From positions 930,001-994,000 of the forward strand of contig JBLDXI010000046.1 of the NCBI GenBank assembly GCA_047495785.1: DNA of 64,000 nucleotides, read 5' to 3'. The position numbers and the translations under genes were made by a program. A model generated the notes under the pieces. The model saw only the letters and a list, made by a program, of their open reading frames with translations, was not told the origin of the DNA and did not search any database. Origin of the DNA: Lepidodermella squamata. Its lineage: Eukaryota > Animalia > Gastrotricha. Of this stretch, positions 23,790 through 37,619 are shown piece by piece. The first letter of the stretch is position 1, and each line of letters starts with the position of its first letter.

Positions 23790-25211
23790 CTAAAAAAAAT
23801 ATAGCGGAGAAAAATATCGTCAACTGAGGATAAATTTCAAATCTAGATCGTAAATGTTTTTGGGACCCTTGGGATTGTTAAGCCGAGCCAAATTCACTCG
23901 AGGCTATTTTCCTATTAAACTCGAGTTGTTATTTTTTCAAGATTTTTTTATAGGCGCATTTTTTATGCGCAGTTAACGTATTGACGATAAAAAGTGCTCC
24001 CTTCATTACATCCTTTCTCCTAGGGAGCGTAATAATGAGTATAAGGAAAAAATTATTGATGCCGTCATAATAATATACTTGGCTCAAGTAGAATAATATA
24101 AATTATTGATTTATTTTACTGTGTACTATTGTCGTGCGATTTTTTCTTCGATGTTGTGTATGTGCGCGCGCGCGTATAAAAAACTGTGAGCGAAAAAATT
24201 GGCGCGGCGTAAGAAGTGTATCACATTTTTTTTATTATCTAGCCGACGCAATATGATATACGCCCGCTTGATTGACTCCTCGCCAAGTCGGGCGTTAAGG
24301 ATTTCGCCGCAAAAATATAAAGTTTGAAGAGCAGTTTAACAACGGCAAAATGAAACAAAATCTAGTTTTCGCCATCGGAAACGGTATTTAAAATATAAAC
24401 ATTTTTTTGCCATCAGTTGTATTTATTCAACAAAATAGAAATTAACCTGATCTATGTGCTGGATATACAATTCAACTTTAATGTTATATAATAAGCTTAT
24501 GAACACAATTTTTTCTAAATTGAAAATTCCGAATTTCTTTGAAGGCTCCAACGAACGGAGAGCAGAAAATTACCACGTTTTACTATGGAATATTTAAAGA
24601 TGCTGAGACTGAGATAGGTAGCCAGTTACTAGCCTAATATCATTGGGATTTCAAAGTATCTGGTTTCGGCCTTGGGACCGGTTCAAAGTCATAAAAGCTT
24701 CAAAGGCTTTAGAGGTTTCATTTAAGGCCTGTAAATCCGTTACAATTTAAATTTAGCATCGAGGTTCCACTATACCGTAAAAAGACGGTGAAATAATTGC
24801 GGCCTGGCGTGGAGATCCAATCACTTAGCAACGGTTGCTATGATTTGGCGGTGTGTTTTTATTTTTTCGAATTTTGCAGGGGAGGATTGATTGCGCCAGA
24901 AAGCGCTGTGAGTCGTAAGAGCTCAAACGGTCCGAACCTTTTCGAGCTTCATCTGACACAAAGTTTCGCGGCAATTCTAGGTTCGATTGCCGATCCAATT
25001 GACGCGAAATTTCCTAGCTTTATTATCACAATTTCATAGCTCATCACAGCATCGCATATGCATTTCACCAGTCAAAGTATCTTATACTACATTACCCACA
25101 TTATTCTTATATATACATATATAGATTCAAAGTCACAAGTCAAAATAATAGATTTCCAAGTTCAGACGTGGAGCATTTTTAAGCTCTAATATAGAGTTAG
25201 CGCTTGATTTT

Positions 25212-28200
25212 TCAGCGAATAGCATCCTCGGCCGCGTAGCACTTATTCGGCGCGTCGTAGCTCCTTAACGTGACCTGTTGTTCGAATTAAAGAATAAATC
25301 AAGTTTATTTCGATCGAGCAGGCCTACCTCTCCGGATCGACATCCAAAGCCTGGACCAGTGCGTCGGCAATCGGAGAAGCTGCCGTTCTTGAAGCAGCTA
25401 GCGTAGGACTAATGTGGAATATATTCAAGATATACTAGGACATATCTGTAGACTCGAAGGAAAACCCACATAGCCGTACTTGTGTTGGCACTGCAACCAA
25501 TTTCGGCTGAAATACTTGTAACCACTGAAAGTTTCGACCTGAAACATGACGTCAATACAGAATTTGTAACAGTGATTAAATGCGAAGCCACAACTCACAA
25601 CTTGTTCGTCGCCTGAGCACTGGTTCCTCATTTCTCCGGAAATGCATCGAAAAACATCCGGATTCGTTTTGCGTGCGCATTTAAGTACAGTCTAGGCGGC
25701 AATTGTTGACATTTATGACAGTAACAGATGATGCTACTCACCCCGCGATTGCAAGTAGGTTGGTCGAGCGTCTTTGACACGGGTAGAGCGTATTCGTCGC
25801 TCAGACACTTCAAGCGACAACCCATGAATTCTTGCGTTAATTTATTCACGCAGCGATAGAATGACGGATCTGAAATACAATAGATTTTAGATAATTTCCC
25901 ACTATTCAAGGTTTCGAGAACCAAGATATACGAATATTCTTTACGAATTGGCATTTTGAGCCAGCAAGTAAACCGCACTAACCTTTGATGCATTTACTGG
26001 GGCTGCGACAGGCGACTAAAGTCCCATTTGTATAGCAACTTAGTCCAGCGCCGGAGTTGGGGTTGCGGCAGGCATTCAGCGATTCATTGAGGCGTCCATA
26101 CGGGAAACTGAACCCGGAATACGTCTGCTGTTGCGTCCAGGCATCGCACGGTGCGTTATTAGCTGCGGTTGTCTTAATCGCAGTGCCCTCGTAGTCGTAG
26201 CTCGTCGACGTGAATGTGCACTCTTTATCGAGGGTGCTGGCTTTAACCCCAGGGCAAGTCGCAAAGGCGATGAGTTTGAATCCGTTGCCTGATTCTTCTT
26301 TCAGCGATTCGAAGTGCACCAATGCCTGGCTTTTGTCAGTAACGAAAACTCGCCCACTACTGACTCCGCAAGAGCAGAACCTTCGAAAATCAATCATAGG
26401 GATTAAGTTAAAAGACATGAAGTTAAAAGACCCACTTGAATCCTGGATAGCCTTCTGAGCCGAGGTCGCGGATTCAGACGCCATCGCCGCAGATCAAGTT
26501 ACCAGGTGCGAATGGGCTGCTGTCTTCGCATTTCATGCCAGGTTTCGCCTCGAATCCGAATATTAAACCACTGGTATTAGCCTGGGATATAGAATTAGAA
26601 AGTACTTTCAAGGCCTGTCTAATACATCAGCCGCAGATACCGTTGAAACAAGCCACGAGCAAGTATCGCCAGCGGAGTACTGGCCTGGGAAGCCGGGTGA
26701 CGTTAAAGTGGCCGTTTGACAGGGCGTAACATAGATAGGACCTCCACAGCGGCTCGGTGTAGGTTTCGCTGGTGCGAATGTTTCGCATGTCGGGCCACCA
26801 AAGCCACGAGGACAACGGCATTCCGAGCACTGTTTGGCTGGATCGGGGAAACCACCATTGTTGCAAACCGTTTGATTACAAACTGGATATTGATCTTCAA
26901 AGAAGTAAATAAGAATATTATAGATCAGTGAGGGGGAATTTAAATCTCACCAAAACAATGGTAGAATTGGTTCAACTTGAGAATATCCAAGTGGGACAGG
27001 TACATTTGTTGGCCGAGTGTCATGGAGTATCGCAAATCGAGGGGCTCGTATAGTCGCTGGCCAGTGGGACTAAACGGCGCCATGGACGTTAGCGCGTCAA
27101 AGTCGAAATTGCCTGTATTGTACATTAGGGGAGGAAATACGAGCGAATCCTGGCTGATGATAGAAATAGAGTGAATTAGAAATAGTTATTGGAAATCGTT
27201 TTGGAAACATACTATAAGAGATAGCTCGAATCGATCATTTTCACAAACATCTCACGGTCTGGCCGTGTGATTTCGTACCTTAAACCCATGGCATACATCA
27301 GGAATTCCAAAAACTTCCACTTCTGAAATAATAGCGGAAAAAACAGGGACTGAAGATATTCTCGACACACTTCATATTTAACCAAAGCAAGTCACAAGCT
27401 CTACCGTCTAGCTAGTGTTGAGGTTCTTTTTGAATTTCATTCATTCATGTTCAGAACAAATTGTAGGGCAATGTGCCCTGATGTGTCATATTTCGCTTAC
27501 TTTTTTCGAGGCCCGATATCTACTCACCTGATGGGTCCCGGTCTGATTTTTTTTGACAGGGACCTCGGTTCAGGTCTTGACTTCAATATTTCGCCAACAC
27601 AATTCGACCTCGATGCCTATTGTGGGCCTGGCAGCAGGTGTTGTTATGCATGAGACCTATTATGAAAGATTAGGATCCGGCGCCCAATTCGCCCAATTCG
27701 CCATAATTTTTCGACCAACGGTCCCAACTGTCATAATGGGGACTGTCTAACTGTCTAGAGTGATTTTTTGGCCTGTCATTATAAGAATAGGTAAATCAAG
27801 GCCGGCTAATTCGATTTTCATGCTCAATTCATTCAAAAATTGACGTTTATTGTCAAGAATACCACTTATATGGAAATAAGTAGATCTGATGCGCCGTAAA
27901 ATATGTATAATTATTGTAACAATATAGCTCTAGTTAGTTCTCAACTTCTATGTGTCTTAGGGCAAACAGTTAGATTCTATCTATCATAAGTGTTCTTTCA
28001 AATAAAACATGATTTCTTCTATGACCACCTAAAGCGACATGCGATTTTTAGCCCCAATTACCTTGCAATTCTATTGAAATACAAATGAAAGTCCCTTAGG
28101 CAAATACTGATGTTTTCAACTGGAAATGTAACTTCTTGAGCATGAAAACAGAATCCACCGGCCTTGATTTACGTATTCCTATAATGGCAGGCCAAAAAAA

Positions 28201-28540
28201 TCACTCACTGATCACGAGCCCATTTGTACTGCGTACTGCTGTTCCTGAGCAGCAGCCTATGAGTCACCAGAAAAATTAACAGAATTATCCGGACGCTGCA
28301 TAGGGAAAGAGTAAATTTTGTTGAAAGAATAGGCAACAAATAGGCACGTGACCAGCATCGCTAATATCAGTGTAATATGCTTTGACAAAATGAAAATGAA
28401 AATGTAAAATATGTGAATGGAAGACATATTTATTTTCTTCAGAACGTACCGTTAGGCGGACGTCCTCGGCAGCGTGTATCACTTTTGTCCATTGTCCCTC
28501 CGACCCCCAACCGTTCGCTGTGATCGATGGCTCTCTTACA
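25212..28540 (-). pseudogene. Astacin-like (zinc ligands absent)/EGF/CUB/kringle gene, copy 1, disrupted
   Basis: Exons give GCCS, EFLMYAMGLRYEITRPDRE, FDFDALTSM...LGQQMYLSHLDILKLNQFYHC, CNNGGFPDP..CSECRCPRGFGGPTC, CGG...TSPGFPGQY, NACRNPN; TGA at 26474-26476 where copy 2 has TGG; insertion ~27476-28206. 5' end not found. Confidence 0.72.
27758..28206. mobile_element. MITE inside astacin-like copy 1
   Basis: ~47-bp TIRs gagtgattttttggcctgtcattataagaataggtaaatcaaggccgg and complement; absent from copy 2. Confidence 0.8.
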
Positions 28541-28610
28541 GGATGACCACTGTAATTGTGGGAGAGATAAATGGGAAACAAAAAAGATGTTGGTGAGAAA
28601 CGGTTATATA

Positions 28611-29190
28611 CCGTAAAATCCGAAATCCCCAGGTATATAATAAGACCTCTTCCGATTTATGCCCCAGTCTTTACGACGATTGAACGAATAAGCCCCCAGG
28701 CCTATAATAGTACCGCGTGGTTCAAATAAAACTTTAGCATGCCTCACGTGACTACAAATTTTCAATTGCGTTCCAAGTTCGTGATCAAAAATATTACCAT
28801 GATCGCTGCGAAAGATGGTCGACTCGTATATAAAGAACCCCCAATGAAATCATTTTTCATCATTTACCGACAACAAAACAGTCGACAATATGTTCAGTTT
28901 CATCTTTTTAATCTTGAAACGCCCCGTGTTTTTGGCGAGCGAGGAAGACAGCGAGGAGAACGAGAAGAGAAGGAGAACATATATGTCAAATGTCCTCTTC
29001 GTAGAGGTCGTTTTCATTCTTGTCATATATGACACTTGTTAAATTTTTGATCTTTCTCATTTTAACATTAGAATCTTTGAGCAGTTGAATAAATAAGTCC
29101 AAGGCCTACAATTGCTCTGCCGTATTAAGCCCCCAGTTTTCAGTAGCTTTGAAAATATAAGCCCCTGCGCTCTTATTTCGGATTTTACGG
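28611..29190. mobile_element. Tc1/mariner-superfamily (pogo/Tc2-like) MITE
   Basis: ta|ccgtaaaatccgaaat ... atttcggattttacgg|ta; internal taagcccc motifs. Confidence 0.8.
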
Positions 29191-29443
29191 TATCTTGTAA
29201 AACAAATGAAGTTTTGCGCGATAATTTTAGTTGTTTCCATTTTTCCGAGTCCCGAATCGCAAAAGCTGGATTACAGAAATGCGTAAGGCCAAAATAACTT
29301 TCCCGTAACTCAATATCAATTTGAGAATTTTCAATTCGATTATCGATTATCGGAAAAAACCAATCAATTGGGTGATTTTGGGTGAGCCCTATACTACTTA
29401 AGTCTCTATGTTTCACACTTAAAAATTCAAAAAATAATAGAAA

Positions 29444-29825
29444 CATCGTGGAACCACTCAAAAGTCCAATTGAGATGAGCGCACGTCAATCGATCGTTGC
29501 CGTGAGTCACGGCGACCCCTGGACTCGCGGATGAACAGATGAACGGATGACTCACGGACATTCATGTCGTACGATCCATAAGATTTTAGCAACAAGTGTT
29601 TGTTGTCGCAGTAATTTACCGCGATTAATAAGGAGTTCACGCCCGTGCGGTCGATGGAAACGTTGCAGAGGGCATGGCATGGTCATATTTTAACATAAAC
29701 ATAAACTATAATTTATTAGTGGATCGCACGACAGAAATGTCTCACCCCGGATCCCGGAGTCCCGGATCAGTTTTAACAACCAGTGTGTGCGCTGAATAGT
29801 TCAACTTTTTAGTGGTTCCACAATG
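29444..29825. mobile_element. MITE, family shared with 50462-50761
   Basis: TIRs catcgtggaaccactcaaaagt / actttttagtggttccacaatg; internal tttattagtggatc...cagaaatgt shared with the second copy. Confidence 0.7.
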
Positions 29826-31055
29826 ACCCAGCTAGCAATTCGGTAATAAGACCGTAATAATTATCGCGCAACTTGCACCTAATTCTACGAGAGGTCCGAA
29901 ATCGCTTTCACATTATACTCACGATAAGTCATCACCGAAAAGGACAATTCCTCTTTGATCGAAAATGTTGATAAAGCCGTAAATCGATTTTAAACAGGAA
30001 ACACTTTGCACAATATTCAGTGTAGTGTCGAATAATCCTATCGCCAAAGGACCTGAAAAACATTTAAAAGGGCTTATAGACACTTTGATTGAAATTATAA
30101 TTTTGAGAGTCGGGTTTGGATTACAAGGGAATATTCTATAGCCATAGAGAAATGAAATTTCCTGCTGATCTCAAACTCCGGGCGCGTTTGGCGCAGCCAA
30201 AACGAGGAGTCGACAATTCGGTTTTTTCATTTTTCCAACTTGATTTTTGGTCAACAATCATTCGACGACCTCGTTTTCCGCATTTTGTCAACTTTTTCAT
30301 TTTTGAACGTAAAATTGCTTTGAAATAAAATAGGCTTTTTCGCTGTTCTAGTGATGACTTTCATGACGTTTTTGAGGGTTTTCGGGACCACTTCCGAGAC
30401 AATACGTCTTTCGACAGTTGCCAAGGCAACGCGCTGAAAGAGACGGACACGAATTATGTGTAATTGTCAATTTTGCTCGTTGAAGGCTGTGAAACGATAA
30501 CGCGATGACTAATAAGTGCATCGCCAAGTCTTTTCTCAGTTGCCAGGCCGACTTTGATCGTCAACTGGGGTGACTTTGGGCAGTGGGGTCACTAAATTCA
30601 ATTAAATCTGAAAACAAGGACTTGATTATTCGTGATGACGCAACACAGCTGGGAAACAAATTTGAAAAACGGAAAAACTCATCATTTAGAGTGGAAAATA
30701 CAAGAATTTTCGACCAGAAAAACCTGAATTATACTAGTGATTTCCTATTAGGCTCAATGTTGATTCCAGCGGGGTTCTTTCAAAAATAGAGAAACCATGA
30801 AGTTTCAGCTGTTCCTAAAAATACCTAATCACGATTTACACAGTTCTTACGTTGTAATATGCGGACATCGCGCTCGTTAAGGGTTAAGGCGGTCAGCCCC
30901 TTAATGCGGACGCGCACTAATACGGCCAGTTTTCTAGCTACGGTCGCAAATTGTCACAAATATATTTCTATCTAATTCGACTTGCCATTTTAGCAATAAA
31001 ATTCCGAAGTTGGACTCATAAAATTTCAGAATCTCCATTTGTATTCAAAGTTGAA

Positions 31056-31316
31056 TTTCTCAAAACGGATGTCTCCGTTGTTCACCGAATGTTGCATGCA
31101 TACAGATTGCGAGCTGATCTTTCACGTGGTATAGGATTTGAGGTGGGCAACCCAACCGTTGTTACGATACAAAAACCTCGTTTTCACTATGGTTTCCTTT
31201 ATTGTGATGAGATCAAGACTGAGCAGAACTTGCCCATCTAAAATCTTATAGCACGTGAAAGAGCAGCTCGCATTCATGCAAAATTTGGTGAACAACGGAG
31301 ATATCCGTTTTGGGAA
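31056..31316. mobile_element. Degenerate MITE (inverted repeat)
   Basis: caaaacggatgtctccgttgttcaccgaatgttgcatg / catgcaaaatttggtgaacaacggagatatccgttttg. Confidence 0.65.
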
Positions 31317-31323
31317 TCACTTA

Positions 31324-32107
31324 CACCTTTTCCCAGAGCTATTTGCCACGGCACCATTGGCGTTTGCCGATCTATTATTAGCATGAACTTGTTGACGTGA
31401 ATGATGGTCATTATTTTTGCGTCTTCTTCGTTGTCGTATTCCACTTCTTTGGTATTGATAGTAATGAATGGATTTTATTGCTTTTGGAGTTGATCAGTAG
31501 CAAAAAATACGGCTCGCGCAAAATTTTTATCAAGCTGATAATGTTTGGGCCAATTTTTTGTTTTTACTATTAACAGGCGTTGGCTACGTATTTTCAAAGA
31601 CAATAATAGACAGGGCAACATAGAATAGTAACCGTTAAGTATTCTTGCCCAATGACAGAATTTCACCCCTAATTTTATACATTGCGTATCCTATTTTAAT
31701 AAGCTAACTAACGATGCATCGTACGAAATTGGTTTACTAATGATTCCATTAGAGAACCTGAAATTTGAAAAATTTTGTGAGATGAATCCGGGATATTTTT
31801 TAAATGACGAAAGACTAGGATTGGGAAGTAAAGCATCGTAAAAGTACGAAGAAAAACTTCATTCTTAGTGTTTTAAGAAAACGTAAAAACCATCTGATTG
31901 TTCCAACGGTTTGAAATTGCATTATGTCAAGGCTGGGCTTCGACACTTTCAAATTTTAATATTTTGGCAATTTTCTAACTGCTCTAAATCGCCAATAAAC
32001 AGAGTTGCAAGACTTGAAATATTTAACAAGTCACGTCAACAAGTTCATGCTAAAAATAGATCGGCAAACGCCAATGGTGACGTGGCAAATTGCTCCGGGA
32101 AAAGGTG
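31324..32107. mobile_element. MITE with CACCTTTT termini and TA flanks
   Basis: ~75-bp TIRs ta|caccttttcccagagc...gttgacgtga / tcacgtcaac...gggaaaaggtg|ta. Confidence 0.85.
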
Positions 32108-32401
32108 TAATGTAATAATGCAGATCAACATTTTAGCTTGAGTGCTTACTCTGGTCATTTTTTTCTATGGGCAGAACCTATTTTGACATAATATGCCAAA
32201 GGTCGCTTTCCGAATAATTTCAAAATTTGTTTCCGCGAAAAGTAAGACCCTTTAAACTTTCATCATTGACTTCTTATGATTATATTAATAAACTTTCAAT
32301 CAGAAAGTGACGTTATATTATAGCCCGATGGCGCTCACAGCGAGGGCCGAAATGCCGCCTAATAAATTGCGGTTATTTGCATTTTTTAAATTCTCTGTGG
32401 G

Positions 32402-32656
32402 TTATTTGCATTTTTTATTCAAGTAACCTGGCGAGGCGAAAAGTCCTGGAAATAATGACCATAATCCCTGGTTCGGGTCGCCAACCCAAACTAAAAATGG
32501 ATTCGGGAGAAGTGCTGACGGCGGCAACTGTAGCATTGGGATGTCCTCGGTGTTATTCGCTGCTCCCGATGGGTTCGGCAACGTCTTCAGCGCAATTTGT
32601 CCGGACAAGCATCTTACCGCCAACAGGAACGCAAGTAAGTTTTGCAGGTAGCGCAT
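32402..32656 (-). CDS. Possible first exon of a secreted protein
   Basis: MRYLQNLLAFLLAVRCLSGQ resembles a signal peptide; donor-like CCAG|GTTACT near 32427; downstream exons not identified. Confidence 0.3.
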   Translation of the reverse strand: MRYLQNLLAFLLAVRCLSGQIALKTLPNPSGAANNTEDIPMLQLPPSALLPNPFLVWVGDPNQGLWSLFPGLFASPGYLNKKCK

Positions 32657-32950
32657 GACTTTTAGTAACCAAATCTACAAAAATATATTTGATCAGAACA
32701 TTTTTATATATGATATATAGTTGAGATAGATAGTTGAGAAAGATTCGCACACGCAGTATCAGATACACCCCTGTTCACAGACTCGTATCTTTTTCTCTCG
32801 CATACCGTAGCAACAATTTGAACTCTTATGATTAATTATGCAAATTGTTCATAAAAAGAAACAAGAAACAAATGCCTGCCAAAGGTTCGAGGACAAAATC
32901 TTGCTTCGTGCTTTTCTACCGACAATTTCTAATTTCTATAAATAATTATA

Positions 32951-34197
32951 CACTAGAAAAAAATTTAGGTTTATCAGCTGAAGATACAAATCTTTTATGG
33001 CTATTTATCCTGAGGTTTATTAGCGGATTTTTAGGGTCCCCTACAAAGTAGGGAAAATTTAGCAAAAGGCTTCAAAGCAAAAGCTTCAAAATGGCTTCAA
33101 AGTAAAATAATAGCATTAATTCCAAAACATATGGTGATCATTGCTTAATACTTTATTTTACTTTTGAAATTTTTTTTGAAATTGAAGAAAATTATCTCCA
33201 AATTTTTAAAATAACGAATTGCAAAAGCAATAGCAGCCATTTGAAATTTTTGTATTATAAAATTTTTGTAACTTTGTTGTTTTTAACGACTCGGAAAAAA
33301 TGAAAAATCAATCTAATAAAATCCGGAAAATGCCAATTCTACTTATTTTCTAAAAAATAAGTTTTCTATTTTTTCTAAGTGTTATCCACACAGAATGTTT
33401 ACAAAATAATTGCATGTTACGCTCAAAATTTATTGCCAAGTTCGAAAAATGTCATTTTATCGGCCATTAGGATAGTCTATTTTTTTAATTTTCTCTATTT
33501 TAAACTTGTAATTCTTAACTTCAATGAAATCCTTATATTTTCCAGATGAATCTCACGCGCTTCGTCACAAATTATCATGCTGTGTGCTGACTAATTTTTA
33601 CAGGTGAACGTTTCCCTTATCGGAACTTTTAAAATTAAAAAAAGACTTGATTTTAATAGGATTTCGCTTGCCACGTCTCATTCGGGTTGAAATGATTCTA
33701 CCGGTCGACGATTTGGCCGAAATCTTGCGTTTCTCCATCCCGTTGATTTCTCTTCATAAATCTAAGCAGAAAATTGACTTAAATTGGAAATTTAAACAAG
33801 CCTATGGCGAACAACTGTGTTAAATGTTGACTCTATTTGATTATTTGATGAATTGATTTACCTGTTCAGATCGTGAATTTCTTGCGCGGCCATTTTTAAT
33901 AAAGCAATTATATTGAGAAGCGCACGCTTTTGAATTCAGTTGAAAAATGAAAAAGGAAGGAGGAGGGAGGAAGGGCCTGCTGGGTCCGAAAATTCAATTT
34001 ATTGTTGCGTCATGGGTCACAGATGGTGATAACTATAATGCCGCTCGCTCCATGGACGAAGGCTAATACACCAAAGCCAGCTAAAAAGCCACCACCTAAA
34101 TAGCCAAAACAGATAATAAACCCGTCGCCAGCGGGGTTATTATCCTAGCCAAAATTTTGGCTATTTATCTAGCTAATAAACCTAAATTTTTCTAGTG
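32951..34197. mobile_element. Non-autonomous CACTA-like element
   Basis: Termini cactagaaaaaaatttaggtttat / ataaacctaaatttttctagtg; 3-bp flank ata on both sides. Confidence 0.7.
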
Positions 34198-34840
34198 ATA
34201 ACATTTCAAAATGTTACTACGGGATTCGTGTATCTATTTTGAGAGCGATTGCTTCGAAAAAAGCTAGAATCGAACCTAAGTCTTTTGACGAGAAGCGGCT
34301 AATTAACATGCGAATGCACCAGTTAGCATCTACGATTTTTTATCCTAAAATGTCTGATGGCAATTGATTTGTAGCGATACAGATTTCACCGCGTCTGCGA
34401 AGTTGGCGTAAAGCCACTAGTGAGAAGCGTCTCGGGTTCAAATCCCGATTGCGGCAGTGCGATTTTTACTCGAAGCAATCGCTCACAAAAGATACTTGGA
34501 TGCGAGAAAAAAGAACGGGCGAGTTTTTGAACGGGTCTTTGTCTTGATTTGTCGTAGTTTTTTAGTGTTGCATACAAGGATACTGAAAAAATATTGGAGG
34601 AAGGACATAGCGAAAATGCGTAAGAATTTGCGTGGAATACCTACGATTGCCGAAAAAAGTATCATTATGAGTCGTCGAGAAAATCAAATGTGAATATAAA
34701 AACTGTAGCGATCACCACTTCTCGATTTTATCAAAGCTTTTATTGGCCAAAATAACTGACTAAACAAACTAAAAGATGAAAAATAATTCACACAATTCAC
34801 TGCAATAGGGATTGCTTAATAGGAATCAAACGACCAAATT

Positions 34841-36154
34841 CATGTTACATATAAGTGGTATCGCGATAAATAACAATAACATTAATGAAAATACGGGCGA
34901 ATAGCCACGTATTGGGACGCGTGATGCGATCGTAACGGGCGAAACGCGTGCCTAAATACTAAATAATAATGATTTATTACGATTTAACCTTGCATCCCGC
35001 ATCAAGTGCGGGAAGGTGCGGCTTGCATTCTGTGTGATCGGACGCGTAAAACGGTCACAATAATCGGGCGAAATTCCACGTACTAAGACGCGTGTCTTAA
35101 TACAGTGACAACAAAAAAAAGCGCATGGTGGGAGCGATATTATGATGTTTTCTTAAATTTCAAGCACGTGCGTGATGAGGCTATTTTTAGCTAAACAACG
35201 GACCAGAATGATGCTGTTTTCGAGAGCTCAACAAATAGCTACCGTAATCCGGTACAACTTTGAACAGTTTAAGTTTGAACATTTCACGAAAATCAGCTTT
35301 TCTCTGAAGCCATGGGGATCTACCACTTAGGAATTTTACTGAATATAGATATCGTTGAGATCTAACATTTTGCTAGGTTTCATCGCCATAGTCCCCACGG
35401 TCTCTGCCTTAAAAATTCTTGAAAAAACAGCGTTTTCGGTCTACTTTGAAGTGCTGCCCTGCGATAACCGTAGCAGATATCCGCGCGGTCCAAATTGGCG
35501 AATCGAAGCAAATACCTTTCTGAAGAAGTAGCCAAAAAGGCACGCCCATCTATAGAGAGGTTTTCGCGGGGAATGCGCTCAAAGTTGCAAGGGTAGCCGG
35601 TACAACTTTGAACACCAGTACAACTTTGAACACGATAGAAATGCATTATTTTGACTTTGAGGAGAATGTTTCAAGTATTATCCAGTCATTTTTCGCATTT
35701 ACTGTCGAGCATAGAGAACGTAGTGATCGAAGAGGACACTTCCTATCTCGTAATGGCAACGAATTAATTTTAAATACGGAGAAACAACTAGAAATCAAAC
35801 AACTTATTGCATGTTACATTCAAGTGGTATCGCTATGAATGGCAAAATCGATAATGAAATTATGGGCGGATCGCCACGTATTAAAACGCGTGCCTAAATG
35901 CTAAATAATAACAATTTACTACGATTGAACTTTGCATCCCATACCAAGTGCGCGAAGGTGTGGGGTGCTTTCTGTGAGATAGGACGCGCACAATGGTCGC
36001 AATAATAAGGGCGAAACGCCACGCATTTAAACGCGTGCCTAACTACAGTGTGAACCAAACAATCCACATGGTGGGAGCGATGTGATATTTTCTCAAATTT
36101 CAAGCACGTGCGATATGAGGCTGTTTTTTAGCTAGGCAACGGACCGGAATGATG
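34841..36154. repeat. Two diverged ~350-bp direct repeats (34841-35214, 35810-36154)
   Basis: Shared catgttacat..aagtggtatcgc, catggtgggagcgat, aaatttcaagcacgtgcg, gaggct.tttttagcta..caacggacc.gaatgatg. Confidence 0.8.
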
Positions 36155-36330
36155 TTTTTAGCATTCCGGAAAAGTTCTTTTGGAATTTGTGGGAAAGGAA
36201 AGTTTTTCTCCAAGAATTTTAGAAACAATTAAAAATCGAAAAAATTACAATGGTCGGATAGGGCGATGAGTGAATAAAAGTAAAGGTCGCCTGCCCGCTT
36301 TTTCACGTTTTGGTGTGAATTTATTTACTA

Positions 36331-37181
36331 CACCTTTTTTACTTTGCAATTTCATTATTTTTATTAAAGAAAAACGCGTTTATTTTTTCATGATTATCAG
36401 CGTATTCATTTTATTCATTTTCTTGCTTTTTTCTACCTAAGGATTTACTCGATCTTCGAAGGTTCGCTGTATGCGAATACGAAACCCAAATGGGATGAAT
36501 TATATATCAAATTGAAGCTAGAGATCTGATCTATCTAGCTGTGAAATTAGAATACTGGATGCCATTTTGTTCTTGAAGGTATTCAACGTTTTAGCCGACT
36601 GGTTGATTCGAAAGTTTCTTCTGATTTTACCTTCAATGATGTTTATTTTTCAACAAATAACTACTAAGGAACTATTCTATTACTTAGTCTTCGCTAATTT
36701 CATCATTTCATGATGATACCAAAGCAATATTTGTGAAAACTACCTCAGCACCCGCGTAAGCTATTGCCCAAAATGCTACTAAAGCCAAATTTTTTGAGTT
36801 TCTATCGCTTCTACTCGAGATATCACCTTCGCCTGATTGTTCTAATCCTTTTTGGGGAGGAGGGAGGGGCCTTATACCTATAAAATATAAAAATTACCCA
36901 AGGAAAACATCTTTGCAGTTCATTCTACTTACTCCTTAGTTTCTGCGAAAGAAATAATGATTTTGTCGATCTGATCGCATATTTTAAAAGATTATATATC
37001 TAGCTTCAATTTGATATATAATTCATCCCATTCGGGTTTCGTATTCGCATACAGCGAACCTTCGAAGATCGAGTAAATCCTTAGGTAGAAAAAAGTAAGA
37101 ACATGAATACGCTGATAATCATGAAAAAATAAACGCGTGTTTCTTTAATAAAAATAATGAAATTGCAAAGTAAAAAAGGTG
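36331..37181. mobile_element. MITE with ~195-bp near-perfect TIRs, CACCTTTT termini, TA flanks
   Basis: ta|cacctttttt actttgcaat...aattgaagctaga and its reverse complement ending aaaaaaggtg|ta. Confidence 0.9.
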
Positions 37182-37619
37182 TATAGAAAGATTTACTTTC
37201 CGATCTGAATAGAGTTGACTATGGTGACATCGTTCCGCCTGCTGACATCATTTATGGTGCGGGATCTTGCACGCCGTCCCGCTTGTCACATGGAGTAATA
37301 CCGAGTAATGGAGTAAAAAGTAAAAAGCATTGAGGTTCCACTATACGGTAAAAAGACCGCCTAATAAACGTGGCCAGGCGTGGAGATCTAATCACTCTTA
37401 GCAACAGTTGCTAAGATTTGGCGGTGTTTTTTTTTAATTTCACAGTTGAGCGATTGCGTCAGAGAGCGTTGTGAGCCATAAGAGCTCAAGAGACCCGAGC
37501 TTTTTCGACCTTCATCTGACGCAAAGTTTCACCGTGATCTCGACACTTGGATTTGGTCGCCGTTCGCATTGACGCGAAATTGCCTAGCTTTATTATCACA
37601 GTTCCTGAGCTTATCATAG

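Larger units (their letters stand above)
24755..28540. repeat. Segmental duplication copy 1 (partner 37326-44195)
   Basis: Colinear high similarity from agcat(c/t)gaggttccactata to atcgatggctctctta, including introns. Confidence 0.9.

Noticed and set aside
13841-30887. ttaaccc (13841) and gggttaa (30881-30887) as ends of one giant piggyBac
   Set aside because: Only ~7 bp match, 17 kb apart, enclosing host genes; more likely unrelated fragments.
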